64,000 bases of DNA from Candidatus Bathyarchaeota archaeon (GCA_963811105.1 CAWEPZ010000009.1:224001-288000), one strand, 5' to 3'; numbered from the stretch's first letter, positions 53,023 to 62,974 are shown. A program made the numbers and translations. The notes: a model not told the origin generated them from the sequence alone.

Positions 53023-53309
53023 TGTTTGAAATGAAAAACCTCAATTTACCTGACAAAATCAGTGAAGATTTATTAAAAACTGCTGAAGAATTGTCTTTGA
53101 TGGCAAAAAAGCCGATTTCTCAATCAATGGCAATAAATCTGCTTATTGAAGTTTATCATGCACACCTCAATAACCCCTGTGCGCTCGACGCATTCAGTCA
53201 GCAACTAAAAAGCATTGACCTTATGACGCCAGAAGAATTTGACAAGTTCTGGGATGAACCAGCTAAAATTCAAGAGACAAAGCGTAAAGCAAAAATCAGA
53301 AAGCATTAA
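53022..53309 (+). CDS. hypothetical protein
   Basis: Clean ORF coupled to the flavodoxin stop codon. Confidence 0.65.
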   Translation: MFEMKNLNLPDKISEDLLKTAEELSLMAKKPISQSMAINLLIEVYHAHLNNPCALDAFSQQLKSIDLMTPEEFDKFWDEPAKIQETKRKAKIRKH

Positions 53310-53347
53310 GCTTGACTCAATTCAAAATATTGTTTATATAAAATTAT

Positions 53348-53719
53348 GTGGCAATTGTTGGAATCATGTCAATTAGAGCAGAATTTGGTTGGATAGAGAT
53401 CAAAGGTGACAAATATACAAATGACATTGTGATTCACGCAGACGGCAAAATAACCAAAAGAAACAAGAAGAAATCTAAAGACCTAAAAGCAGTTTACGGT
53501 CACACACCTCTTTCAGAACACGAACTAAGATTTCTGTCAAAAGAAGATTTTGATGTTCTATATGTTGGAAGCGGTCACTACGCTTCCTTGCCGATAACTC
53601 TAAAAGCTCTCAAAGTCTTGACAAAGTATAATACTATAATCTTGCCCACTTCTGAAGTGATTAGCAAAATAGAGCAAGAACAAAAGAGATTTGTCGCAAT
53701 TATTCATGTCACTTGCTGA
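53348..53719 (+). CDS. Mth938-like (DUF498) protein
   Basis: FGWIEIKG, VGSG and C-terminal HVTC. Confidence 0.85.
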   Translation: MAIVGIMSIRAEFGWIEIKGDKYTNDIVIHADGKITKRNKKKSKDLKAVYGHTPLSEHELRFLSKEDFDVLYVGSGHYASLPITLKALKVLTKYNTIILPTSEVISKIEQEQKRFVAIIHVTC

Positions 53720-53749
53720 TAGCTAAAGAACCGCGAAGGCTTGATTGTA

Positions 53750-53883
53750 CAGCTCGGGTTTTTTCCGGCTTATCATACCGCCGACGCTGAAACCACCCGC
53801 TTTAAGTGCATCCACAATATTGATGAGAACGGTCGTTTTCCAATGCCTCGAGCACCTGTCAAAAGCAAAACACGCGTCCGCAA
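53750..53883 (-). pseudogene. 5' remnant of an NTPase_1/THEP1-like nucleoside triphosphatase
   Basis: MRTRVLLLTGARGIGK, frameshift, then TTVLINIVDALKAGGFSVGGMISR; truncated after that. Confidence 0.7.
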
Positions 53884-53962
53884 ACGATTGCACTATATTA
53901 ACCAGAAGTCTAATATGGTGATAAAATGTTTTTCATAGAGCACTTACTGGAGCACAACCTAC

Positions 53963-55174
53963 ATGGTTGATAGCGATTACCAAGCTGACTTTCCTAGCGA
54001 AATAATCAGGGAAGGCAAAGTCCAAGTGTTGGTGCCAAAACTCGCAGCTTATCAGGTTGTTCCCTCTGATTATGCACCATCCCGAGCGCCAGTCTTCTAC
54101 AACCCGATCATGGAGTTCAACCGCGACCTAACTGTTCTGGCCTTCCAAGCTTACCAACGTATGGCTAATCATGAAATCAGCATATGTGATCCATTAACCA
54201 GTCAAGGCATCCGAGGCATACGTTTCGCCGCTGAAATTGACTGCGTCAAAAAAGTGTTAATCAGCGACATTAACGAGCAAGCATACAAACTCGCAAAGCA
54301 TAATGTATCCCTAAACGTGTTAGAAGGCAAAATTGGGGTTAAGCATGAAGATGCGAACTGTGTCTTAAGCTGCAATGCCTCGCCCAAAAAAAGATTTGAC
54401 ATTGTGGATGTTGATCCGTTTGGTACTCCGGCACCATACCTTGACTCAGCGCTCCGAGCAATCCGCAACAACGGCTTACTAGCGTCAACAGCAACTGACT
54501 TGGCGCCTCTATGTGGTGTTCATGCAAAAGCTTGTGTGCGAAAATACGGCGGTAAACCACTCAGGACAGAGTATTGCCACGAATTAGCCGTCAGACTTTT
54601 AGCTGGATGCACCGCCACCTTAGCCGCAAAACACGATATTGGCATAAAGGTGCTTTTCAGCCACAGCAGCGAACACTATATTCGCTTATACGCACAAATC
54701 AGCTATGGCGCCAAAAAATCGGATGACTGCATCAAAAATATGGGCTACATTCTGCACTGCTTCAACTGCTTGCACAGAGAAACCACCCACCAACCCTTAG
54801 GCAGCCTGCAATGCCCCGAATGCGGTTCAAGAATGGACTGGACTGGACCTCTCTGGGTGGCAAGCATCTTTGACGGTAGCTTTATTGATTTAATGATAAA
54901 AGAAAACAAGTCTGTTGCATTCAAAAACAGCGCTCGAATCACAACACTACTAGCATTAATTAAAGAAGAAGCTTCAGCCCCCATTACCTATTTTGTAGTT
55001 GACAAGTTAAGCGGGAAACTGGGTCTACCATCGCCATCCATACAAGCATTCGCAAACGCACTTCATTCGGGCGGTTTCCAAGCAGTAAAAACTCACTTTA
55101 GTACTAGAGGCATAAGAACAGATGCTTCTGCGATGGCTTTGCGAAAACTTCTCAAAGAAACAATCAGCAGCTAG
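53963..55174 (+). CDS. trm1: tRNA (guanine-N2)-dimethyltransferase
   Basis: VFYNPIMEFNRD, GIRGIR, DVDPFGTP, TATD, GPLW and a zinc finger. Confidence 0.95.
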   Translation: MVDSDYQADFPSEIIREGKVQVLVPKLAAYQVVPSDYAPSRAPVFYNPIMEFNRDLTVLAFQAYQRMANHEISICDPLTSQGIRGIRFAAEIDCVKKVLISDINEQAYKLAKHNVSLNVLEGKIGVKHEDANCVLSCNASPKKRFDIVDVDPFGTPAPYLDSALRAIRNNGLLASTATDLAPLCGVHAKACVRKYGGKPLRTEYCHELAVRLLAGCTATLAAKHDIGIKVLFSHSSEHYIRLYAQISYGAKKSDDCIKNMGYILHCFNCLHRETTHQPLGSLQCPECGSRMDWTGPLWVASIFDGSFIDLMIKENKSVAFKNSARITTLLALIKEEASAPITYFVVDKLSGKLGLPSPSIQAFANALHSGGFQAVKTHFSTRGIRTDASAMALRKLLKETISS

Positions 55175-55239
55175 AGAACATTTTCGGCAACAAAAGTTTA
55201 AAGAGCAAAGCCGCCAGTCCTTAAAGCTAGTGAACAGCA

Positions 55240-56046
55240 ATGAATGACAAAATCACCGTGATCGGCGCTGGTATGATGGGCGGTGCTATAATCAAAAGCC
55301 TTCTTAAAGGTGGTTATCAAGGCAAAATTACAGCGGTTGATATTCAACTTGAACGGCTCAAGGAATTCGACCCCTTAGGTGTGAAAACTTCTTCAAACAG
55401 CAAAAAGTCTGCTGCCGACGCGGACATCGTTTTTCTCATAGTTAAGCCGGGAGATGTAGAAAAAGTTCTCAAAGATATCAGTGCAGAAATTAAGGGTAAG
55501 TTGCTAATCTCGGTGGCAGCGACTGTTCCGCTTAGGTTTTTGCTGAAGCATGTTTCTGACGCGAAGGTTGTGCGTATTATGCCTAACCTTGGAGCTCTTG
55601 TGCAAGCTGCTTACACGGCTTACTGTTGTGAAACGAACGTTACCGCTGAGGATAAGGAGAAAGTGGAGACATTGCTGAATATGATGGGCATTTGCGACGA
55701 GGTTGAAGAGAAATATATGGATGCTATCACTGCAGTAAGCGGAAGTGGACCAGGTTACTTGTCAATTATTATTGAAGCCATGACATATGCAGGATTAAAA
55801 GTTGGATTACCGCGAAACATAGCTTTAAAGTGTGCTGCGCAAACAGTGATGGGCACGGGAAAACTTGTAGTTGACTTGAACGAGGAACCATCTAAAATAA
55901 AGGATATGACTACAACACCAGGCGGAACAACCATCGAAGCAATATACCAAATTGAACAAAGCCAAATCCGTTCAGCAATGATAAGAGCCATCGAAGAAGC
56001 CACAAAGAAAAGCCAAGCTATAAGGGAAAAACTAAACCTAAATTGA
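55240..56046 (+). CDS. proC: pyrroline-5-carboxylate reductase
   Basis: IGAGMMG, RIMPN, SGSGPGY, TPGGTT. Confidence 0.96.
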   Translation: MNDKITVIGAGMMGGAIIKSLLKGGYQGKITAVDIQLERLKEFDPLGVKTSSNSKKSAADADIVFLIVKPGDVEKVLKDISAEIKGKLLISVAATVPLRFLLKHVSDAKVVRIMPNLGALVQAAYTAYCCETNVTAEDKEKVETLLNMMGICDEVEEKYMDAITAVSGSGPGYLSIIIEAMTYAGLKVGLPRNIALKCAAQTVMGTGKLVVDLNEEPSKIKDMTTTPGGTTIEAIYQIEQSQIRSAMIRAIEEATKKSQAIREKLNLN

Positions 56047-56711
56047 GACCAATGATGTTTGAAGCGGTTATTTTTGATTGGGACGGCACTTTAGCCGATA
56101 CAAGGCAAGTAATTGTTGTATCATTCCAGAAAGCTCTTAGCGAAGTCAACTGTATTGTAAGCGACGAGTACATTGAGCGTCGTATAGGTATTGGCGCAGC
56201 AGATACGTTTTACGACATTTTGCAATCTGCAAACATACGCGTCGACCAGAAAATGATTGAACATTTAGTAGACCGCAAAAGCCAGTTTGAAATTGAATTA
56301 ACAAGCCAAGTAAAATTATTCCCAGGCGCAAAAGAGCTACTTGAAACGTTACATGGCAAAGTAAAAATGGGGTTGGCATCAATGAATAACCGCTCAGTCA
56401 TCATACATATGGTGAAGGCAAACGGCTTAACCCAATTCTTCCAAGCTTTTCTCACAGCCGAGTCAATTTCCCATTCCAAACCACATCCGGAAATCTTCAT
56501 CAAAACCGCCTCTGAACTCAAAACAAATCCAGAAAAATGCGTTGTCATTGAGGATTCGATTTTCGGTGTTAAAGCCGCAAAGTCCGCCAACATGGGCTGC
56601 GTTGCTGTTACAACAGGCGTTTATTCCAAAGAAGAGCTGAAAGAGGCAAAACCCGATTTAATTGTTAAAACGTTATGTGACAATCAAATTGTTCCTTTTA
56701 TTTTGAACTAA
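56043..56711 (+). CDS. HAD-superfamily phosphatase
   Basis: FDWDGTLADT, KPHP, IEDS. Confidence 0.93.
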   Translation: MRPMMFEAVIFDWDGTLADTRQVIVVSFQKALSEVNCIVSDEYIERRIGIGAADTFYDILQSANIRVDQKMIEHLVDRKSQFEIELTSQVKLFPGAKELLETLHGKVKMGLASMNNRSVIIHMVKANGLTQFFQAFLTAESISHSKPHPEIFIKTASELKTNPEKCVVIEDSIFGVKAAKSANMGCVAVTTGVYSKEELKEAKPDLIVKTLCDNQIVPFILN

Positions 56712-56806
56712 TATTATCTTGTAGTAGTGTAAGGACAATCACATAGCTTTAAGAATTTTTAAATTAACTATAAAGCACTCTCAAATCTGAAGGAAGGGAA
56801 AATTTT

Positions 56807-57079
56807 TTGAAGATAATTTCTACAAACAAAAAAATCAAGCCCCCGGTATTTCAAGTTCTACTGCTAGACAATAATGCTACTGACGACGTTGAGGTTCAAG
56901 AAGCAGTTGAAGTAAACTTTTGTCGGGTAAAAGAACATCTCAAAAATGGCGGATCAGTTTTCATAACAAGCAAGGACACCCAAAAAATTGAATATCCTAA
57001 AGCCAAGGCACAGCTCAACTTCAGTAAATCACGGAGAAACTATGGGTTTCTCTTCCAGCAGCAAATGAGAAGCTCATAA
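56807..57079 (+). CDS. small hypothetical protein
   Basis: Purine-rich RBS before a TTG start; followed directly by a hairpin. Confidence 0.65.
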   Translation: MKIISTNKKIKPPVFQVLLLDNNATDDVEVQEAVEVNFCRVKEHLKNGGSVFITSKDTQKIEYPKAKAQLNFSKSRRNYGFLFQQQMRSS

Positions 57080-57083
57080 ATGT

Positions 57084-57151
57084 GTGACGTGCATCCAGAT
57101 AAGATTCCTTTTACCTCCCCTCTCTTCCGTATTTTTTTGGGTGCACGCCAC
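57084..57151 (+). ncRNA. candidate 3'-UTR or sRNA hairpin with anti-SD-like loop
   Basis: About 21-bp stem with G-U pairs; loop TCCTTTTACCTCCCCTCTCTTCCGT. Confidence 0.5.
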
Positions 57152-57236
57152 TCCCACTGACTTATAACGATCTGCCTCTTTTTTTCTTGAAGACAGTTTT
57201 TGCTTTTTAGAAATAAGAAGGTTTTTTAAGAAAGTG

Positions 57237-58348
57237 TTAGTTTCGGAATCTCTTTGTAAAGTCTAGCTTGCATTTGTTGGTTTGGTCTTTTCTTGTAATT
57301 ACGAAGCAAAAACGCAACCAATTGAGCAGCTGATACTCCTATGGTAGCGACTGCCAACAGTATTTGGAAAAGTCGTTGTGCCTATTGGTTTATAGACGAT
57401 GAAGATGTTGGTGATGATTCTGCCTGTAGCGGTGAAGGCGTGATTTTGAAGGAAGCTATGAGCGGTAAGTATCAATATTTTTTAGTATCTGTCACGTATC
57501 GCGTATCACCAGCCATCATGATTTGCAGCTGTGCCGTTATGCTCGTTCCAGTAGTTGCCGACTGACCATTATCCCAAATGTTAGCGCATGTTTTGCCGAT
57601 TCCAGTTCCGATGAAATAATCTATTGAGTCTCCAATTCTAACATTTGGAGAATTGTTGATTATATCATTGAGATAAAATTCATTATTGGAAGATTAGGCG
57701 ATGCGAATGCCTGAGTCACTGTTATTTGTTATACTATTTTGATAAATTTTGTTGTGGTTTGAGTTGCTTACGAAATTCTGTACTGTGGATTGGCAATTAT
57801 GTCATTTTCATAAAATGTTGTTTGAATTAAATCCTGAACCAGCGTTTGGGATAGGCGAATTATTGCTTAATCTAACGCCGGCAAAACAATTATTTGTTAA
57901 GTTATTAGCGAAGATATTGTTGTTGTTTGATTCATTCTCTGAGTCGATGCCACAATAATCGTTTGAGTTCAAGTCGTTATAACAAAGAGTGTCATTACTA
58001 GAGAGGTAAGTTAGAGTCTCCTTATAGAAAAATCTTTTACCGTCAAGTTTCTAATTGTGACATTATTTGCTCCCTTTAGCCAAATGCCTATTCCGCCGGG
58101 GCCTTGAATTGTGTAGCTATTTCCCTCAATTACTACGTTGCTCGCCTAAACGTTGATGGAGCCACTGAAGTTACTATTGAGACTAAATACATTTCCTGAA
58201 AAAGTAATGAGCGATGTTTTTGGAGTGATTATTCCGTTAACATTAATGCTGTAGGGCACAAAACCTTGACAATAGGTTACGTTATCGAGAAGAAATCCAG
58301 CAAGAACTAAAAATACCAATATGTACGGGTATTTTGTATGCTTGTCAT
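57237..58348 (-). pseudogene. NosD-like / parallel beta-helix surface protein, disrupted
   Basis: Signal peptide, SNVVIEGNSYTIQG, Asn-rich repeats, NIWDNG, DTRYVTD and a C-terminal TM, with many stops and frameshifts. Confidence 0.7.
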
Positions 58349-58392
58349 TTTTTCCTTCATTAAGTGTAAAATAACAAGTTGGGAATTTTGGG

Positions 58393-59463
58393 TTATTTTT
58401 TACTCGTAAGAGCTTTGGGAATGTAGCTGCATCTGGGGTCGGAACCTAAAATGTCTCCTGTATAAAACAACGCTGCCGTTCTGCAGCCTCCGCAAAGTTC
58501 TTTGAACTCACAAACGCCGCATTTGCCCTTTATGTTGTCTTTATTTCGGACCCTTGCGAAGAACTCCGAGTTTTGCATGTCATCCCATATTTGCTTAAGC
58601 GACTTATCCTTTACGTTTCCAATCCTATAGACATCGTTGTAGCTACATGGTATCGCGTCGCCGTTTTCTGCTAAACTGAAGAATTTTCCGAACCAGCATC
58701 TCCCTAAGAAGAAGTTGTTAAACCAGTTGTCGAAGTCTTCCATTCCTCTCTGCTTTGCCACCCGCGCGTAGAAAGGAAGATAAATGTTAATTTCAGGTTT
58801 CCCCGCATATTCCTTTGTTAAATCGTAGAGTCTGTTGCAGACCCATTCGTACTGCTTAGGAGTAGGGTCAGATTTGAGGCTTTTTTTGTTGTTGCTATAT
58901 GGAATAAATCCATGGAAAACCACCCAGCGTGCGCCATATTGGCGAGCTAAATCAATCACATGCCGCATGTCTTCTTCATTTACATTTGTCACGTCGCTGT
59001 CAGCATTTGCAAAGGTGTAAACAAGACAATCTAGCAGTTTGGTCTCTGAAAACTTTCTTATTGCTAAAAGTGCGGCTGCGTAAGCTCCTTTTCCACGGAT
59101 CACATCGTTAGTCTTCTCGGCACCATCAATGCTAACTGAGATTCGAACTTTGTTCTTAACGATGGCCTCAAAAGTTTTCTGATCCAATAAACGTCCATCA
59201 GTAATTATGCTTGCGCTCAAACCTAGCCCTCTGGCGTAGGCTATGACTTCTAAAAGGTCCTTTCGCTGAAATGGCTGTCCACCGGTAACTCCGAAGAAGG
59301 TCGCTCCAAAATCGTAAACTTCATCAACAATTTTTTTGGCTCCTTCAGTATCAACTTCATCCGAAACTGCTGCTTGCCCAGCTGAAATACAGTGAACACA
59401 GTTGCTGTCGCAAGCATAGGTGCATCGCCAGGGAACAATGAACAAGGGACCTTTACTTTTCAA
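58393..59463 (-). CDS. radical SAM/SPASM domain protein (PqqE/AhbC-D-like)
   Basis: CDSNCVHC, TGGQP and SPASM cysteines CWFG...PC...CGVC...CGGC...C. Confidence 0.9.
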   Translation of the reverse strand: MKSKGPLFIVPWRCTYACDSNCVHCISAGQAAVSDEVDTEGAKKIVDEVYDFGATFFGVTGGQPFQRKDLLEVIAYARGLGLSASIITDGRLLDQKTFEAIVKNKVRISVSIDGAEKTNDVIRGKGAYAAALLAIRKFSETKLLDCLVYTFANADSDVTNVNEEDMRHVIDLARQYGARWVVFHGFIPYSNNKKSLKSDPTPKQYEWVCNRLYDLTKEYAGKPEINIYLPFYARVAKQRGMEDFDNWFNNFFLGRCWFGKFFSLAENGDAIPCSYNDVYRIGNVKDKSLKQIWDDMQNSEFFARVRNKDNIKGKCGVCEFKELCGGCRTAALFYTGDILGSDPRCSYIPKALTSKK

Positions 59464-59723
59464 GATTATTTCTCCGAGTTCTATCTTGGCTTATCAAAAA
59501 CACATATTTTGGTATTTAACGTTTCACATTTCTTTGACATTTTGGACGTGAAAGTGCTCTGGACAGAATTCTGCAATTTGCAACATGCTTATATGAAGAA
59601 AGGGAGGATAATTAGCCTTTTTCTTTTTAGAAGGGGTTCTTTTTAGTGACCCAAAGCTTGTTTTGTTGAGTTCCAAAACAGTTATAACTTGATTCTAGCT
59701 GAGTAATATTTGGAGAAAGGAGA

Positions 59724-59891
59724 ATGGATGAGAAGGAGCTAGTGGAGACTGGTCAGGTTAATTGTAGTCATAAGCAGAGATTGTATAATCAGCGATGCTT
59801 TGATATTTTGAACGGTTTTGAATTGAATTTTACGCGATGCATTGATTGTCACAAAATTATTAGCTTAGAAGCTAAAAAGTTTTCAGGCTAA
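59724..59891 (+). CDS. 55-aa Cys/His microprotein (putative zinc finger)
   Basis: Below the track cutoff. Strong GGAGAAAGGAG RBS; MDEKELVETGQVNCSH...RCIDCHK. Confidence 0.65.
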   Translation: MDEKELVETGQVNCSHKQRLYNQRCFDILNGFELNFTRCIDCHKIISLEAKKFSG

Positions 59892-59905
59892 ATTTTTGTA
59901 TAATT

Positions 59906-60313
59906 TTACTTTTCTTTAACATTCAGATACAGGGCCCCTTCTTTTAGCAGGTCTAAGATCCGTTGGGTTTGAACAGTGGATAGTTTGCATGTTTTGGGGT
60001 CGTTGAGGAACGGTAGTTTTTCAGGTGCATTTTGCAGGACATGAAGGTCTTCCCAAGTTACCTTAATGTCTTCGGAGGGAATGTGGGTTTCAATATCTTC
60101 CACCCATGTGCCAGCATCTAGTTGGTCGCCTTCACTCAGCGTAGTGAATGGCCCAAGCAAACTCTTATCATCTGTATTGTACAGAAAAACGACTGTGCCT
60201 GACTTGATCTCTGCCAAAGCAGCCGTTTTCTTGTCTGCGCAAGTGTAGCGTTTATTGCTTAGACACTGTTGCTGTGAAGTTTTATTGCAAAAAAGAATAT
60301 AACCGTCATACAT
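59906..60313 (-). CDS. DCD-like (development and cell death; PUA/EVE-like) domain protein
   Basis: GYILFCNKTSQQQCL...IKSGTVVFLYNTDDKSLLGPF matches the DCD pattern. Confidence 0.65.
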   Translation of the reverse strand: MYDGYILFCNKTSQQQCLSNKRYTCADKKTAALAEIKSGTVVFLYNTDDKSLLGPFTTLSEGDQLDAGTWVEDIETHIPSEDIKVTWEDLHVLQNAPEKLPFLNDPKTCKLSTVQTQRILDLLKEGALYLNVKEK

Positions 60314-60847
60314 AATTTTTCAGAACCTTAATATAGCTTGGTTCGTCGCTCTTATTTTCTTTTTCTATAATCTGATCAAGAATTTTTCTAGCTTGAAGGC
60401 ATTAGGTATTACTGCTGTTAACGGCAGGGTTGCAATATAGCTGTTTTGAGATACTCCTTAGTTTAGGGTTTGGTTCTTTTGCAGGTTAAGTGACAGAAAA
60501 TGAAAGAAATTAAGTAAAAGTGAAGACTATCAGGGGTCCAAATTCTTTTTGTCCGAATTCTATTATTTGTTTTTGGGATTGCTTTTCTTAACTAAAACTT
60601 AAATTCTGTTGCAAATAGTTTTCCAAAATGGCTCTAAATGGCCCCATTATCCCCGGTTGTCCCGAATTGTCCCCAAAAGTCAAGGAAAGTTAAAAGAGGT
60701 TGCCTTCAAAAATCGATAAACATACGAGGAGTTTGTTCGATCTGCTATTTTGATAGAGTTAATTCTAATTTGGTTTTTGGTGAGCCAGGTTCGAACTATA
60801 GAAAATTTAAATTATCAAAGAAAGATATCTTTGCTGATTGTTGTTAG

Positions 60848-62242
60848 GTGGAATGTGCTTTAAAGTCTCTTTCAGTTGCAAAATTCGGAGGCAGCCTTTT
60901 AGACGTTGAAGGAAAAGGAATCCCAAAAATAGTTAAACGGATTAAGGAAATTAATGAAAAAGACGGCTTTGGTCCAGTTGTCGTCTTTTCTGCGCCTACA
61001 GGCTGTACCGACGCGCTAATTAGAATAGGCGAATCCTACGCGCAAGCGTGCTCGCTTCCTCTCGACCCGGTTTTTGAAGTTTACGAACATTTAGCTAATG
61101 CTTTTGTTAAAGGCAAATGGCATAAACAAGCCGTTGAGGATTTGGCTAATTACAAAGCGCTAACCCAGGCCACATTGAATTCAGTTAACAAACGTTTCAG
61201 CGGGAACATCAAAGCAAGAATCCTAACTTTAGGCGGAGAACTCGCAATGTCGACACTTATGGATTACGTTTTGAAAAGCAGCGGTTATGACTCCTGCAGT
61301 GTTTCACTTGAAGAGTGGCCAATTGTGACTGATGACAATTTTGAAGATGCCATACCGAACTACGAGCTAAGCAAGAAAAGAATTCATACCTTAATTGAGC
61401 CATTGGAGGAGGGCAAAATTGTTTCCATGGCAGGTTTTTTAGGAGTAACAGCTGATAGACTTGAAACTATTTTGGGTAGAGGTGGTTCCGATTTAACGGC
61501 GGTTTTTGCTTCTTGCCTCTTGAAGGATTTATACAATACTGAAACTTTGTTGTACAAAGATGTTCCTGTTCAAAGTGCTGACCCCAAAGTGGTGCGGGGG
61601 CAGAAAACTGAGCATGTTTTTGCGTTGACGTATAATGAAGCCCATAAAGCGTCTACGATGGGCATGAAAATAGTTCAAAGCCCAGCAATCGCTATGGCAA
61701 GGCGATTCGCACAACCGCTAAAGGTGGTGCCTATTGATGAGCCAGAAATGCATTCGATAATTGGAGCAGAGACAGGCGGTGGCGGAGAAATAGTAAAGTG
61801 TTTAACAGGGAAACGAGGATGTGCAATCCTATCAATGAACGATGAGAAAAGCCGATCACTTGAAGATTCTTTGCGAATTTGGGAAAGAAGAAATGACTTC
61901 ATGGATTTAGGCGCGGAAATCATGGAAACTGGTGAACAAATTCGCGATTTTCTATTCTTGGACTCGGATTTCTTGAAGAAAAATGAAGAAAAATTAAAGG
62001 GCTTTGATGAAAAAATGAAAATTGATTACGGTTTAGGCGTTGTCACCTTAATTGGGGACAGAATGAAGGATTCGCCAGGTGTTGCTTCACTTGCCATCAG
62101 TGCAATTTCAGGAATTAACATTAAGCGAGGCATCTTTGCGCCACATACTTCACAGATAATTCTTGTTGTTGAGGAAAAGAACGTCAACGCCACTGTTGCA
62201 GCCATCCATTTAAAAAAGCAAGAGATGAACAAAGAATCCTAA
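60848..62242 (+). CDS. lysC: aspartate kinase
   Basis: KFGGS, LGRGGSDLTA, SADPKVV and a C-terminal ACT domain. Confidence 0.88.
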   Translation: MECALKSLSVAKFGGSLLDVEGKGIPKIVKRIKEINEKDGFGPVVVFSAPTGCTDALIRIGESYAQACSLPLDPVFEVYEHLANAFVKGKWHKQAVEDLANYKALTQATLNSVNKRFSGNIKARILTLGGELAMSTLMDYVLKSSGYDSCSVSLEEWPIVTDDNFEDAIPNYELSKKRIHTLIEPLEEGKIVSMAGFLGVTADRLETILGRGGSDLTAVFASCLLKDLYNTETLLYKDVPVQSADPKVVRGQKTEHVFALTYNEAHKASTMGMKIVQSPAIAMARRFAQPLKVVPIDEPEMHSIIGAETGGGGEIVKCLTGKRGCAILSMNDEKSRSLEDSLRIWERRNDFMDLGAEIMETGEQIRDFLFLDSDFLKKNEEKLKGFDEKMKIDYGLGVVTLIGDRMKDSPGVASLAISAISGINIKRGIFAPHTSQIILVVEEKNVNATVAAIHLKKQEMNKES

Positions 62243-62263
62243 TACTAAGCAAAGATTCGCAAG

Positions 62264-62610
62264 TTGAGATTTGATATTGTTGACATTGGACTTCCAGTTT
62301 ACATTCTAATTTTTTATGCATTAGGAAAACCTTCCTCAAACACTGAATTCTACGTTGTCGTTTTCTTCATAGCCACTGCGGTGCAAGATTCCGCTGCAAG
62401 CCTCTCAGTTGGCTCACTTGAAATTCTCTCAGCAAGCATTTTCTTGATTTATGGAATAACCCTTTTGGAGTTAGTTGTATCACAGCCGTAGTGCTTAGAA
62501 GTGCTAGCTTTTGATTCCCCCTATTCGTAGGATTTATCTGCGTGCAAATTGTCGGGGCAAAAAATTTGCTGGCAGTAGACCTGAAGACCTAAAATAGCAG
62601 AATTAGAGGT
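62264..62610 (+). pseudogene. degraded membrane-protein remnant
   Basis: Hydrophobic fragments continue past stops and frameshifts. Boundaries approximate. Confidence 0.35.
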
Positions 62611-62764
62611 CTAAGAAAGAAGCGGGCTAAAGCGCAGAAGAATTTGAATCTCAAAACTCAACCATGAAGTCAGCAGTTGATTCATAATTCCCAAATATTT
62701 AGAATATGCTATCGCAAATTTTTTACGTTAGAATAGATTATTAATACCTTGAAGATGAATGTGG

Positions 62765-62974
62765 ATGGCTTTACTTGAATGCCCCTTCTGCAATGAAATC
62801 CTCGAAGTTGAACCACCTGATAAACTTCATAGCGCATTTTCATTTGTAAACCCCATTCCAAGAAGTTACCATGGCGATATTGTGAAAACAAAACATAGAT
62901 GCCATAACCAAAACTGCAACAAGCAAATTACAGTTTCATGGTATGCTCCATTGGAATACTTCAATCGAATATGA
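62765..62974 (+). CDS. small zinc-finger protein
   Basis: CPFC...CHNQNC. Confidence 0.7.
   Translation: MALLECPFCNEILEVEPPDKLHSAFSFVNPIPRSYHGDIVKTKHRCHNQNCNKQITVSWYAPLEYFNRI

Noticed and set aside
62505-62585. Inverted repeats resembling a structured RNA
   Set aside because: Short stems inside a probable membrane-gene remnant, with no promoter evidence.
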